A stretch of 64,000 nt of DNA from Bacilli bacterium (GTDB taxonomy: Bacteria; Bacillota_I; Bacilli_A; RFN20; CAG-826): NCBI GenBank assembly GCA_036657515.1, contig JAVXGI010000002.1:45652-109651 (forward strand), given 5' to 3'. The notes beneath the pieces were generated by a model. It ran no database searches. It was given only the letters and a program-made list of their open reading frames with translations, and was not told the DNA's origin. This document shows positions 19,955-29,482 of this stretch, one piece after another. Within the stretch, counting starts at the first letter, position 1; every line of letters begins with the position of its first letter. The translations under genes were made by a program, and so were the position numbers.

Positions 19955-21139
19955 ATGCGATATTATATTAATCAAATTATGGAAAAAGATTGTGGATTTG
20001 CTTCATTAAAGATGTTGTTTTCCTTAACAAGTAAAAATACAAATTATCTATATATTCCGCAAGAAACACGAGACAAAGCTTATTCATTTTATGATTTATT
20101 AAGAATTGGTAACAAATATGATTTTAAATTAACGTGTTACCATATTGGGGAGAAAAAGGATCTTAAAAAACTACTAAAAACACCGTTTATTGCTAGTATT
20201 AGCGACAATAACACACATCATGCGGTGGTAATTCAAAAAATTATGATGAATAAATTAACGATTTATGATCCGAAATTAGGAATTTATAAGATTAAAATAG
20301 AAGAATTCTTAAAGATTTGGGATGGGAACTGTATTGTTGTTTTAAAATGCCCAACAAAAAAATATGCAAGTTTTGAGAAGAAAATTTATCGAAAACGTTA
20401 TAAGATAACAAACATTATTTTGCAAATAATGTCTTCCATATTTTTAATTGTTGGTTTTTTCTTTATTGACGAAAAATTCCATTTTGCAACACCGATTGTA
20501 TTTTTTGCAGCGGCTATTATTTCAGAAATATTGCAAAAATTTATGATAAATAGATTTTTCATAAATTTTGATGACATTTTAATTAATGAACTTAAAAATC
20601 GTGAACAAAGTGAAATTTCTTCTAATTTAGAAGAAATAGTTCAATATAAAATGTCATCATCGTTCAAATATTCATCTTTAATAATTAATATTATTAGTTC
20701 TATTTCAATTTCTGTTTTGCTCATTATTAATAATGCCCAAAATCTTTATTTTGTTTTAGGAATATTTCTTCTTAAATTATTTGATTTATTGATATATAAA
20801 CCAATTATTGAAAATGTAAAAAAAGAAATAAGAAACAAAGAAGTAAAGATTCAAAATAATAACGATGCTTTTGCAAATTATAAAGAATTAGGAGCACTTT
20901 CAACAAAGCTTATTTCAATACTAAATATCAAAAAATACTTAGCTTATTTCGTCATTTTACTCTTATCATTTGTTTCTATGGCCATTTTTAACAAATTAAG
21001 CATAAATTATTTGTTGTTTCAGTGTTTAATGTTGTGGTTTATTTATGATGGTTTATCAAACATTGAAGGTTATAGAAATAGCCTCTATGAACATCGTAAA
21101 TTAACTGCAAAAATAGTATCATTCATATATAAAAATTAG
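19955..21139 (+). CDS. Peptidase C39-like domain fused to an ABC-exporter-like transmembrane domain, with no ATPase domain
   Basis: N-terminus Q7..DCGFASLKM (Cys13), THHAVVI (His), IYDP (Asp), matching the C39 Gln/Cys/His/Asp layout, followed by about 6 hydrophobic helices. The ORF ends at 394 aa with no Walker motifs. Confidence 0.6.
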   Translation: MRYYINQIMEKDCGFASLKMLFSLTSKNTNYLYIPQETRDKAYSFYDLLRIGNKYDFKLTCYHIGEKKDLKKLLKTPFIASISDNNTHHAVVIQKIMMNKLTIYDPKLGIYKIKIEEFLKIWDGNCIVVLKCPTKKYASFEKKIYRKRYKITNIILQIMSSIFLIVGFFFIDEKFHFATPIVFFAAAIISEILQKFMINRFFINFDDILINELKNREQSEISSNLEEIVQYKMSSSFKYSSLIINIISSISISVLLIINNAQNLYFVLGIFLLKLFDLLIYKPIIENVKKEIRNKEVKIQNNNDAFANYKELGALSTKLISILNIKKYLAYFVILLLSFVSMAIFNKLSINYLLFQCLMLWFIYDGLSNIEGYRNSLYEHRKLTAKIVSFIYKN

Positions 21140-21148
21140 ATTTTTAAA

Positions 21149-21156
21149 TGTATAAT
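21149..21156 (+). promoter_or_regulatory. TGTATAAT box 6 nt upstream of the ybeY ATG (possible leaderless transcript)
   Basis: The ORF-track start ATG 21148 is part of aaTGTATAAT. No SD precedes either candidate ATG. Confidence 0.4.
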
Positions 21157-21162
21157 ATTATT

Positions 21163-21618
21163 ATGAATATTGATTTTGAAAATTGCTGCGATGAAAGTTT
21201 TAATAAGTTTGAGAAGTTATTTTCTTACTTTTATAAAAAAACGCTCAAACAATTAAAAATAAAAAGAAAAACATTTTTAGAAGTCGATATTATTGATAAC
21301 GATCAAATTCAAAAAATAAATGCGGAATATCGAAACATGGATCGCATTACGGATGTCATATCGTTTGCATTTGATGACAAAGTCCCAGGAGAACCACAAA
21401 TTATTAACAATAAAGTAGATTTTCTTGGATGTGTATACATATCTCATGAACGAGCAAAAGAACAAGCAGATGAACTAAATAATACGTTTGAAAAAGAGAT
21501 GTGTTTCTTATTTGTTCACGGATTATTACATTTGTTAGGATATAATCATATTGATGATGACGAAGCTGAGATTATGTATGAAATACAAAGAAATATATTC
21601 AAAGGAGAAGAATTATGA
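21163..21618 (+). CDS. ybeY: Endoribonuclease YbeY
   Basis: TDVISFAF and HGLLHLLGYNH zinc motif. Start is placed at MNIDFEN (21163). The alternative is ATG 21148. Confidence 0.93.
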   Translation: MNIDFENCCDESFNKFEKLFSYFYKKTLKQLKIKRKTFLEVDIIDNDQIQKINAEYRNMDRITDVISFAFDDKVPGEPQIINNKVDFLGCVYISHERAKEQADELNNTFEKEMCFLFVHGLLHLLGYNHIDDDEAEIMYEIQRNIFKGEEL

Positions 21619-22019
21619 TTAATACAAAAATACTATTCGAAAATTGTCAAAAAGCTAGACAATTTTCGCGCTCACAATACTCGCATTTTGCCGTTGGAGC
21701 CGTAGTTGTGCTTAAAACGGGTGAGTTAATAAATGGATGCAACATTGAAAATGCTGCTTACGGATTATGTATGTGTGCTGAAAGAACAGCCTTATTTAGT
21801 GCTTATTCAAGAGGGTTTAAAAAGGATGATATTGAAGCAATTGGAATAATTGGGGATACTGAACTTCCAATTAGTCCTTGTGGAAGCTGCAGACAAGTAA
21901 TGGTCGAGCTTTTAAACAAAGAAACACCAGTTTATATGTTTAATTTAAAAGGTGACCTAAAAATAATGACAGTTGAAGAACTTATGCCTTTTTCTTTTAG
22001 TGAAGGTGATTTATCATGA
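21615..22019 (+). CDS. cdd: Cytidine deaminase
   Basis: CAERTA and PCGSCRQ zinc-binding motifs. 134 aa. Confidence 0.95.
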   Translation: MINTKILFENCQKARQFSRSQYSHFAVGAVVVLKTGELINGCNIENAAYGLCMCAERTALFSAYSRGFKKDDIEAIGIIGDTELPISPCGSCRQVMVELLNKETPVYMFNLKGDLKIMTVEELMPFSFSEGDLS

Positions 22020-22897
22020 AGTGCGGTTATGTAGCTTTAATTGGTAAACCAAACGTCGGTAAATCTACTATTATGAATGATATTTTTAACAAAAAAATAT
22101 CAATCGTAACAAGCAAATCTCAAACCACTAGAAACAGTATTGTTCAAGTTTACGACGATGAAGATAGTCAAATTATTTTTATTGACACCCCAGGAATTCA
22201 TAAACCACAACAAGCATTAGGCAACATTATGAACAAAAGTTCATATAACGCTATAAGAAGTGCTGATGTTGCTGTTTTTATTGTTGATGCAGGACATGAT
22301 TTTAACGCTAGTGATGATTATTTATTTGAACATTTAAAGTTTGATATACCTCTTATTGGTGTCTTTAATAAAATTGACACAACAAATGTAGTGTTAGTAG
22401 AAAGAATGAAGTCGAGATTTTTGCAAGTCTATCCTGAAGCAGAGATCATTGAAGTTTCTGCATTAGAAAAATTTAATATTAACGAACTACTAGTATTAAT
22501 TAAAAATCATTTAAATGAATCCGAAAGATATTTTTCTCCAGATGCTGAAAAAGAACTCATGAATGATAAATTTTTAATTTCCGAAATAATTAGAGAAAGA
22601 ATGTTGGTTTTACTAGATGAAGAAGTCCCACATGCAGTTTATGTGAAAATTGATCAAATAACTATGCATGGAAAAATGCTTGATATACAAGGATCTATTA
22701 TTATCGAAAAAGAATCTCAAAAAGGGATTGTTATCGGAAAAAAAGGAAACATGATTAAGAAAATCGGAATTGCTTCAAGAGCAGAAATGGAAAAGATTTT
22801 TCGTACCCATGTAAATCTTGATCTTCTTGTTAAAGTTGATCCAGATTGGCGTAATAATGAGAAGAATTTACAAAGTTATGGTTTTAAAGGCGAATAA
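22016..22897 (+). CDS. era: GTPase Era
   Basis: GKPNVGKST, DTPG, NKID, C-terminal KH domain (VIGKKG..IK.IG). Confidence 0.95.
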   Translation: MKCGYVALIGKPNVGKSTIMNDIFNKKISIVTSKSQTTRNSIVQVYDDEDSQIIFIDTPGIHKPQQALGNIMNKSSYNAIRSADVAVFIVDAGHDFNASDDYLFEHLKFDIPLIGVFNKIDTTNVVLVERMKSRFLQVYPEAEIIEVSALEKFNINELLVLIKNHLNESERYFSPDAEKELMNDKFLISEIIRERMLVLLDEEVPHAVYVKIDQITMHGKMLDIQGSIIIEKESQKGIVIGKKGNMIKKIGIASRAEMEKIFRTHVNLDLLVKVDPDWRNNEKNLQSYGFKGE

Positions 22898-23485
22898 ATG
22901 AAAGTTGTTGGAATAGTTATAGATTCGGCCGAATACAATGATAATGATAGAATAATTAATCTTTTAACAAAAGATAAGGTAATTCCCTTGCTAGCAAAAG
23001 GAATACGAAAACAAAATGCAAAAAATAGAGATGCTTGTTTTGAGTTTTCTATTTTAGACGTTGAATATATAGTCGCAAAAAATCGCAATATATTAACAAA
23101 TAGTCAGTTTAATCGCGTTTATTGGAAGCTTTTCGAAACATATGATGGTTTAATATTTTTGAATTTTTATAAAGAAGCTTGTCGTAAAGTGCTTTTAGAA
23201 GAAGAACTTCCAGCATTATATAAGACGATTGAAAAAGTTATGACGTTATTTGATAGCGGATTAACTAAAGAGAATATTTTAAAAGGAATGTTCATGCTTT
23301 TTACTAATGCTCTTTTTATAAGCGGGTATGATTACAAGGCATATTGCGCTAGCAATGGTTCTGTTATTGATTATAAAGAGTTTATAAAAAGTGATGCTAA
23401 AACGTTAATTATTGAATTAAAAAAGATGAATGATTTCTTTAATTTCTTTACAAATATAAAACTAAATTCTATTGATATGTTATAG
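22898..23485 (+). CDS. recO: DNA repair protein RecO (short form)
   Basis: Era-recO synteny and an OB-fold-like N-terminus (GIVIDSAEYNDNDRII.LLT...LLAKGIRK). At 195 aa it is shorter than typical RecO. Confidence 0.7.
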   Translation: MKVVGIVIDSAEYNDNDRIINLLTKDKVIPLLAKGIRKQNAKNRDACFEFSILDVEYIVAKNRNILTNSQFNRVYWKLFETYDGLIFLNFYKEACRKVLLEEELPALYKTIEKVMTLFDSGLTKENILKGMFMLFTNALFISGYDYKAYCASNGSVIDYKEFIKSDAKTLIIELKKMNDFFNFFTNIKLNSIDML

Positions 23486-23504
23486 TAATTACACTTATAG
23501 TGAG

Positions 23505-23533
23505 TTGACAACATATACACTTAAATATATAAT
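23505..23533 (+). promoter_or_regulatory. Sigma-A promoter of glyQS
   Basis: TTGACA (23505-23510), N17, TATAAT (23528-23533). Confidence 0.75.
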
Positions 23534-23578
23534 CTTTGAGTATGCTTTTTAATAAAAGTAAAAAGTATGGAGGAAATT

Positions 23579-24946
23579 ATGTATAGTTTTGAAAAAATAG
23601 TTAATCATCTTATTACATCTGGTTTCGTGTTTCCTGGTTCCGAAGTTTATGGCGGATTAGCAAATGCATGGGATTACGGACCACTAGGAGCAGAATTAAA
23701 ACGCAATGTTCGTGATGCTTGGTGGAAAAAATTTGTTACAACAAATAAATATAATGTCGGCATCGATAGTGCCATTATTATGAATACAAAAGTTTGGGAA
23801 GCAACTGGTCATATTACGAGTTTTAGTGATCCTTTAATCGATTGCAAAGATTGCAAATCTCGTTTTAGAGCTGACACATTAATCGAACAAGAATATCCAG
23901 AAGTTGATGTGAATGGCATGAGTAATGCTGATATGGTCGCTTTTATCAAAGAAAAAGGACTTAAATGCCCACATTGTGGAGGTAATAATTTTACCGATAT
24001 AAGAAAGTTTGATTTAATGTTTAAAACAAATATGGGCGTAACTGATGATTCAAAATCAGTTGTTTATTTAAGACCCGAAACAGCACAAGGAGTTTTTGTA
24101 AACTTTAAAAACGTACAAAGATCGACGAGAAGAAAATTACCATTTGGTATATGCAATACAGGTAAATCATTTAGAAATGAAATTACTCCCGGAAATTTTA
24201 TCTTTAGAACAAGAGAATTTGATCAAATGGAATGTGAATTCTTTTGTAAGCCAGGAACTGATTTAGAATGGTTTGCTTATTGGAAAGAATATTGCTTAAA
24301 ATTCGTTATTTCTCTTGGAATTAATAATGAAAATATTAGATTTAGAGACCACGAATTAAAAGAATTGGCATTTTATTCAAAGGCAACGACCGATATTGAA
24401 TATAAATTTCCATTTGGTTGGGGCGAACTTTTAGGAGTTGCTGATAGAACTGACTATGATTTAAAACGTCATATGGAGTTTTCCAAACAATCACTCGAAT
24501 ATTTCGATCAAGATACCAATGAAAAAATTATTCCATATGTTGTGGAACCTTCTATGGGATTAGATAGATTAATGTTATGTGTTTTATGCGATGCATACGA
24601 TGAAGAAACGCTAGAAAGTGGTGATGTTAGAACTGTATTACATTTAATTCCAGCTCTAGCCCCATATAAAGCAGCTATTTTACCTTTAAGTAAACAATTA
24701 GGTGAAAAAGCAAATGAGATTTTTGATATTTTAGCAAAAAAGCATTCAGTTGCTTATGATGATGCAGGAAGTATTGGAAAAAGATATAGAAGACAAGACT
24801 CAATTGGTACACCAATTTGTATAACTGTAGATTTTGATACAGCAATAGATGGATGCGTAACAATTAGAGATCGCGACACGATGAAACAAAAAAGAGTGAA
24901 AATTGAAGAATTAAACTCTGAAATTGAAACTATTTGTGAATTTTAG
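23579..24946 (+). CDS. glyQS: Glycine--tRNA ligase (homodimeric GlyQS type)
   Basis: Class II aaRS motifs ([21 protein letters not shown]). Start is placed at MYSFEKIV, with a GGAGG SD 6 nt upstream. The ORF-track start 23567 lies inside the SD. Confidence 0.95.
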   Translation: MYSFEKIVNHLITSGFVFPGSEVYGGLANAWDYGPLGAELKRNVRDAWWKKFVTTNKYNVGIDSAIIMNTKVWEATGHITSFSDPLIDCKDCKSRFRADTLIEQEYPEVDVNGMSNADMVAFIKEKGLKCPHCGGNNFTDIRKFDLMFKTNMGVTDDSKSVVYLRPETAQGVFVNFKNVQRSTRRKLPFGICNTGKSFRNEITPGNFIFRTREFDQMECEFFCKPGTDLEWFAYWKEYCLKFVISLGINNENIRFRDHELKELAFYSKATTDIEYKFPFGWGELLGVADRTDYDLKRHMEFSKQSLEYFDQDTNEKIIPYVVEPSMGLDRLMLCVLCDAYDEETLESGDVRTVLHLIPALAPYKAAILPLSKQLGEKANEIFDILAKKHSVAYDDAGSIGKRYRRQDSIGTPICITVDFDTAIDGCVTIRDRDTMKQKRVKIEELNSEIETICEF

Positions 24947-24957
24947 GAGGATCTAAC

Positions 24958-26772
24958 TTGATCAGCAACGAAATTGTAAATAATATTTTACATTCTTTAG
25001 ATATAGTAGATGTTATATCGAGATATATTAATGTTATAAAAAAAGGAAAAAACTATGTGGCAGTATGTCCTTTTCATAATGACACGAATCCTTCTTTATC
25101 AATTTCTAAAGAAAAACAAATATTCAAATGTTTTGTATGTGGAAAAGGCGGAAATGCCATCAACTTTATTGCTGATTATGAAAAAGTATCCTATCATGAT
25201 GCTATTTATATTGCCGCAAATTTAGCTGGCATTAAATTAGATGAACCAAAAAACGTTATTGAAGACAAATTTAAAGATTTAAAAAAAATATTTCAAGATT
25301 TAACAGAATATTATACATTAAGTCTTAATCTAAACGATGGTGCTGAAGGAAAGAAATATTGTGATTCAAGAAAATTAAATCGTGATATTTGTGAGAAATT
25401 TTCTATTGGTTTTGCTCCTGAAAATGGAACTAATACGATTAAATTTCTTAGATCTGCTGGTAATTCAATTGCTAAAATCAGAGAATTAGGCATTACTAAT
25501 TCAATTAATGATGATGCCAATGATTTAAATAGAGGAAGACTTGTCTTTGCAATTAAAAATAAAAATAACGAGCCAGTTGCTTTGAGTTCGAGAAGAATTG
25601 ATAATAGTGATTCTCCGAAATATATAAATTCGCCTGAATCAAATATATTTCATAAATCAAATATTCTATATAATTATTATAATGCTAAACAATCGGCAAA
25701 AATTGATGGATTCATCTATGTTGTTGAAGGATTTATGGATGTAATTGCATTATATAGAGCAGGAATTACCTCAGTTGTAGGTTTGATGGGAACAGCATGC
25801 AGCAAAGAACATATTGCAATGCTCAAATATTTAGATGTTGAAATAAGAATGTGCTTAGACTTTGACGGTCCAGGTCAGCAAGCTATTTCGGATATCATTT
25901 CAAAATTAGAAATCGAGAAAATTAACTATAGAATTGTAAAAAAAGTTGATTTTGCTAAAGATTCTGATGAAATCCTTACCAAATTTGGAAAAGAAAAACT
26001 TGTAGAAGTGGCAAACACATTAATTTCAAAGCAAGAATTTAGTATTGATTTTAATATAAGTAAACACGATTTAACAACGGATGATGGTAAAAAAGAGCTG
26101 ATACGTTCGTTTCTACCAATAATTGAAAATGCTTCAAGCTCCTTAGATATCGAAGCATATGCAACTAAATTATCGACTGTAACAAACTATTCAAAAGATA
26201 GTATATTATCTGAGTTTAAAAATCATATTTATGTAAAAAAGAATGTTGATCCAGTTTATAATCAAAAGATTCCGGATTCAGCATTAATTCCAGGAGAACG
26301 CCAAAATTATCAATTATATGATGGCACCATCAAGAAACTTGAGAATGAATTATTTTATCAAATATTGAAAAGTGAAAAAGCGTTACAATTTTATCAGACA
26401 AATGTAGAATTTTTCTATAATGAGATTTATTCAAAAGTGGCGATATTTTTAATTAATTATTTTAATGAAAGTGGTAATGTTAATACATCGCAGTTAATTA
26501 ACTATATTTACTTAAACTCGAACGAAGAAGAAGCAAATAAATGTCAGTCCACAATTACTAATGTTCTTACAGATGGCACAAGACACGAAAAACTTACTGA
26601 TACTTTATTAGTTAACATTAAGAATAGACTTGAATTTGAAAGAGAATACTATTTTAAAGAGATTGAACTTGATAAAAAGATGCGTGAAGAGATAGACAAC
26701 GTTAAAAAATTTGAAATTCTTTATGAAAAACAAATGTTGAAAAGATCTAAAAACCAAAAGGGAGGTCATTAA
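24958..26772 (+). CDS. dnaG: DNA primase
   Basis: Zinc finger [24 protein letters not shown] (VEGFMDV). TTG start after an AGGAGG SD. Confidence 0.95.
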   Translation: MISNEIVNNILHSLDIVDVISRYINVIKKGKNYVAVCPFHNDTNPSLSISKEKQIFKCFVCGKGGNAINFIADYEKVSYHDAIYIAANLAGIKLDEPKNVIEDKFKDLKKIFQDLTEYYTLSLNLNDGAEGKKYCDSRKLNRDICEKFSIGFAPENGTNTIKFLRSAGNSIAKIRELGITNSINDDANDLNRGRLVFAIKNKNNEPVALSSRRIDNSDSPKYINSPESNIFHKSNILYNYYNAKQSAKIDGFIYVVEGFMDVIALYRAGITSVVGLMGTACSKEHIAMLKYLDVEIRMCLDFDGPGQQAISDIISKLEIEKINYRIVKKVDFAKDSDEILTKFGKEKLVEVANTLISKQEFSIDFNISKHDLTTDDGKKELIRSFLPIIENASSSLDIEAYATKLSTVTNYSKDSILSEFKNHIYVKKNVDPVYNQKIPDSALIPGERQNYQLYDGTIKKLENELFYQILKSEKALQFYQTNVEFFYNEIYSKVAIFLINYFNESGNVNTSQLINYIYLNSNEEEANKCQSTITNVLTDGTRHEKLTDTLLVNIKNRLEFEREYYFKEIELDKKMREEIDNVKKFEILYEKQMLKRSKNQKGGH

Positions 26773-26774
26773 TT

Positions 26775-28025
26775 ATGGCAAAGAAAACCGAGGAAAAAGC
26801 AGTTAAGAAGAACAAAGTTGAAGAATTAGTTAGAAAAATTCTAGGCGAGGAAGATGAAGACAATCAACTTACTATTTCTTCATTTGAAGATATTATTAAG
26901 AGATACGAAAATAAAACTAAGACATCAAAAATTATCTGTAGTTCAGATTTATTAGCTGATTTAAACGATGTTTTTGAATTAGAAGACGAAGATATTAAAA
27001 AAGTAATTGATTATTTTATGGAAAATGGATATTCCATTGAAAAGGAAAAAGTTGATGAATTAGAAGATTATTCGGAAGCTGATATTTTGGACGATGAAGG
27101 GCTTGAACCAGAAGATTTAGCTGCAGAAGAAGAGCCTGCAATTGAAGACCCTATGATTTTGAGTGAAACAATTCCAAATGATTCAGTAAAAGCATATCTT
27201 CACGAAATTGGACAAGTTCCTTTATTAAATAAAGAGCAAGAGCTTGAGATTGCAAAAAGAATTACAAATGAAGGCGATCCATATGCAAAAGAGCAATTAA
27301 TTAATGCTAACTTACGTCTTGTTATAAGCATTGCTAAGAAATATTTGGGTCGTGGATTACCTTTTCTTGATTTAATTCAAGAAGGAAATATTGGTTTAAT
27401 GAAGGCAGTTGACAAATTTGATTATACAAAAGGTTTCAAATTTTCAACTTATGCAACGTGGTGGATTAGACAATCTATTACAAGAGCTATTGCAGACCAA
27501 GCTAGAACTATTAGAATTCCAGTACATATGGTAGAAACGATAAACAAAATTTCTAAAGCACAACGTCATTTGCTTCAAGAGTTCGGTAGAGAACCAACTG
27601 CAGAAGAAATTTCTAAACATTTAGATGATAAAGCACTAACTCCAGAGAGAATTAGAGAAATTCAAGCAACCTCGCTTGATCCTATTTCATTGCACGGACC
27701 AGTTGTTAAAGACGAAAATGAATCAACGATGGAAGATTTTATTCCCGATCCAAACGCAAAATCCCCAGTAGATGAAGCTACTAGAATAATGTTAAGAGAA
27801 TCGTTGGAAGAAGTATTAAATGAAGGATTAAATGAACGTGAACAAAAAGTCATTAGATTAAGATACGGTCTTGATGATAATATTTGTCATACATTAGAAG
27901 AAGTAGGAAAAGAATTTGGCGTTACAAGAGAAAGAATTAGACAAATTGAAGCAAAAGCTATTAAGAAATTAAAACACCAAAGTAGAAAAAAGAAATTAGA
28001 TGATTGGGAATCTTTGAATAAGTAA
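26775..28025 (+). CDS. sigA: Primary sigma factor (SigA/RpoD)
   Basis: Region 2 ([47 protein letters not shown]) and region 4 ([20 protein letters not shown]). Confidence 0.97.
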   Translation: MAKKTEEKAVKKNKVEELVRKILGEEDEDNQLTISSFEDIIKRYENKTKTSKIICSSDLLADLNDVFELEDEDIKKVIDYFMENGYSIEKEKVDELEDYSEADILDDEGLEPEDLAAEEEPAIEDPMILSETIPNDSVKAYLHEIGQVPLLNKEQELEIAKRITNEGDPYAKEQLINANLRLVISIAKKYLGRGLPFLDLIQEGNIGLMKAVDKFDYTKGFKFSTYATWWIRQSITRAIADQARTIRIPVHMVETINKISKAQRHLLQEFGREPTAEEISKHLDDKALTPERIREIQATSLDPISLHGPVVKDENESTMEDFIPDPNAKSPVDEATRIMLRESLEEVLNEGLNEREQKVIRLRYGLDDNICHTLEEVGKEFGVTRERIRQIEAKAIKKLKHQSRKKKLDDWESLNK

Positions 28026-28029
28026 AAAA

Positions 28030-28725
28030 ATGACAACAGCTCTTTCTAAAAGACTTAACTCAATATTTTCGATGCTTGATGAAAGGTGTTATGTTGCTGA
28101 TATTGGTGCTGATCATGGGCAGCTAGTTATTAATTTGGCAAAAAAATATATTAATAATAATTTTTTTGCTGTGGAAAATAAAAGTGGACCATTTAATACG
28201 TTAAAAAAAGCAATTGATTTATCTAAATGCAATAATATTGAAATAAATTTGAGTTCTGGAATATCGCAAATACCAAGTTATATCAATACTTTGGTCATTT
28301 GCGGAATGGGCGGCGACACTATCCATTCAATTATATTAGAAAATTTGGAAAAATTATTTTTCATTAAAACAATTGTGTTTTCAGCTCATTCTAAATCAGA
28401 TATTGTTGTATCACTGCTAAACAATATAGGATTTTCACTAACTACTTATTGCAAAGTAGATGAAAATGGCAAAATTTACGATATATATAGATTCGATCTA
28501 AATACAAAAAGCGAAATTTTCTTAGGAAAATATTCTATAAATTTACCATTTTGGACAAATACTAATCCTTGTGATATACACTATTCAAATATTGTCTTAA
28601 AAAATTATTTGTTATATAAAAGCTTTATTAATAATAAAAAATTTATTATTTTTAAAGATGATTATATCAAAGAAAGAATGCAGATGGAGGAAATAAAAAA
28701 ATATGAACACAAAATTGCTGCTTAA
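28030..28725 (+). CDS. trmK: tRNA (adenine22-N1)-methyltransferase TrmK
   Basis: ADIGADHG SAM-binding start and GMGG motif. Sits in the sigA-trmK-nif3 position, as in Bacillus yqfN-yqfO. Confidence 0.75.
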   Translation: MTTALSKRLNSIFSMLDERCYVADIGADHGQLVINLAKKYINNNFFAVENKSGPFNTLKKAIDLSKCNNIEINLSSGISQIPSYINTLVICGMGGDTIHSIILENLEKLFFIKTIVFSAHSKSDIVVSLLNNIGFSLTTYCKVDENGKIYDIYRFDLNTKSEIFLGKYSINLPFWTNTNPCDIHYSNIVLKNYLLYKSFINNKKFIIFKDDYIKERMQMEEIKKYEHKIAA

Positions 28726-29482
28726 TAAATTAGGAAAGAAATTTCCAAAACGTATTGCAAAAGAGAACCAAGATTATGTTGGTTTAATGTGCGGAAAGCT
28801 TCCAAAAGATGTTAATAAAGTAGTATTATGTCTTGATTTAGATAATATAATTATCGATGATGTTTTAAAATCGAATCCAGATTTAGTAATTACGCATCAT
28901 CCTTTTATATACGGAAAGAAAAGCGACGTATTAAAACGCGATGAATTTAAAAAGAAATTAATAGATATATTAAACAAGAACAATATTCCTGTATACAGTT
29001 TTCATACCAATTTCGATCAAGGTACTGACGGAATGAATGATGCATTAGCTGAACAACTTGGCTTATTAAATATCAAACCATTAGAAACGCTTCCAATGGC
29101 AAGGGGTGGCATATTGCCAAGAACAATGGATATTTCTGAATTAGCAAATTTTGTTATCAACAAACTGTCGATTACTTATTGCACAACCTTAAGCTATGGA
29201 AAAAAAGAAATTAGTAAAATTGCTATTATTGGTGGTGGAGGATGGTTTGGCTTCTCAAATGCAAAAAAGGAAGGCTATGACGCATTTATATCTGGAGATA
29301 TACCACATCATGGAAGAAGAGATATAATTATCAATTCATATAATTATGTTGACGTTCCACATGAAGTTGAAAGAATTTTTATGACGCAAATGGAAAAAGT
29401 GCTACTTAAAATTGATAGCAATTTAATTATTACAAAAATAGATCATGAAAAAGAACCTAATGTCTATATTAATCTAAAGTAG
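28703..29482 (+). CDS. Nif3-family dinuclear metal centre protein (YqfO-like)
   Basis: ITHHPFIY, FHTNFD, PHHG..VPHEVE motifs. Confidence 0.85.
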   Translation: MNTKLLLNKLGKKFPKRIAKENQDYVGLMCGKLPKDVNKVVLCLDLDNIIIDDVLKSNPDLVITHHPFIYGKKSDVLKRDEFKKKLIDILNKNNIPVYSFHTNFDQGTDGMNDALAEQLGLLNIKPLETLPMARGGILPRTMDISELANFVINKLSITYCTTLSYGKKEISKIAIIGGGGWFGFSNAKKEGYDAFISGDIPHHGRRDIIINSYNYVDVPHEVERIFMTQMEKVLLKIDSNLIITKIDHEKEPNVYINLK

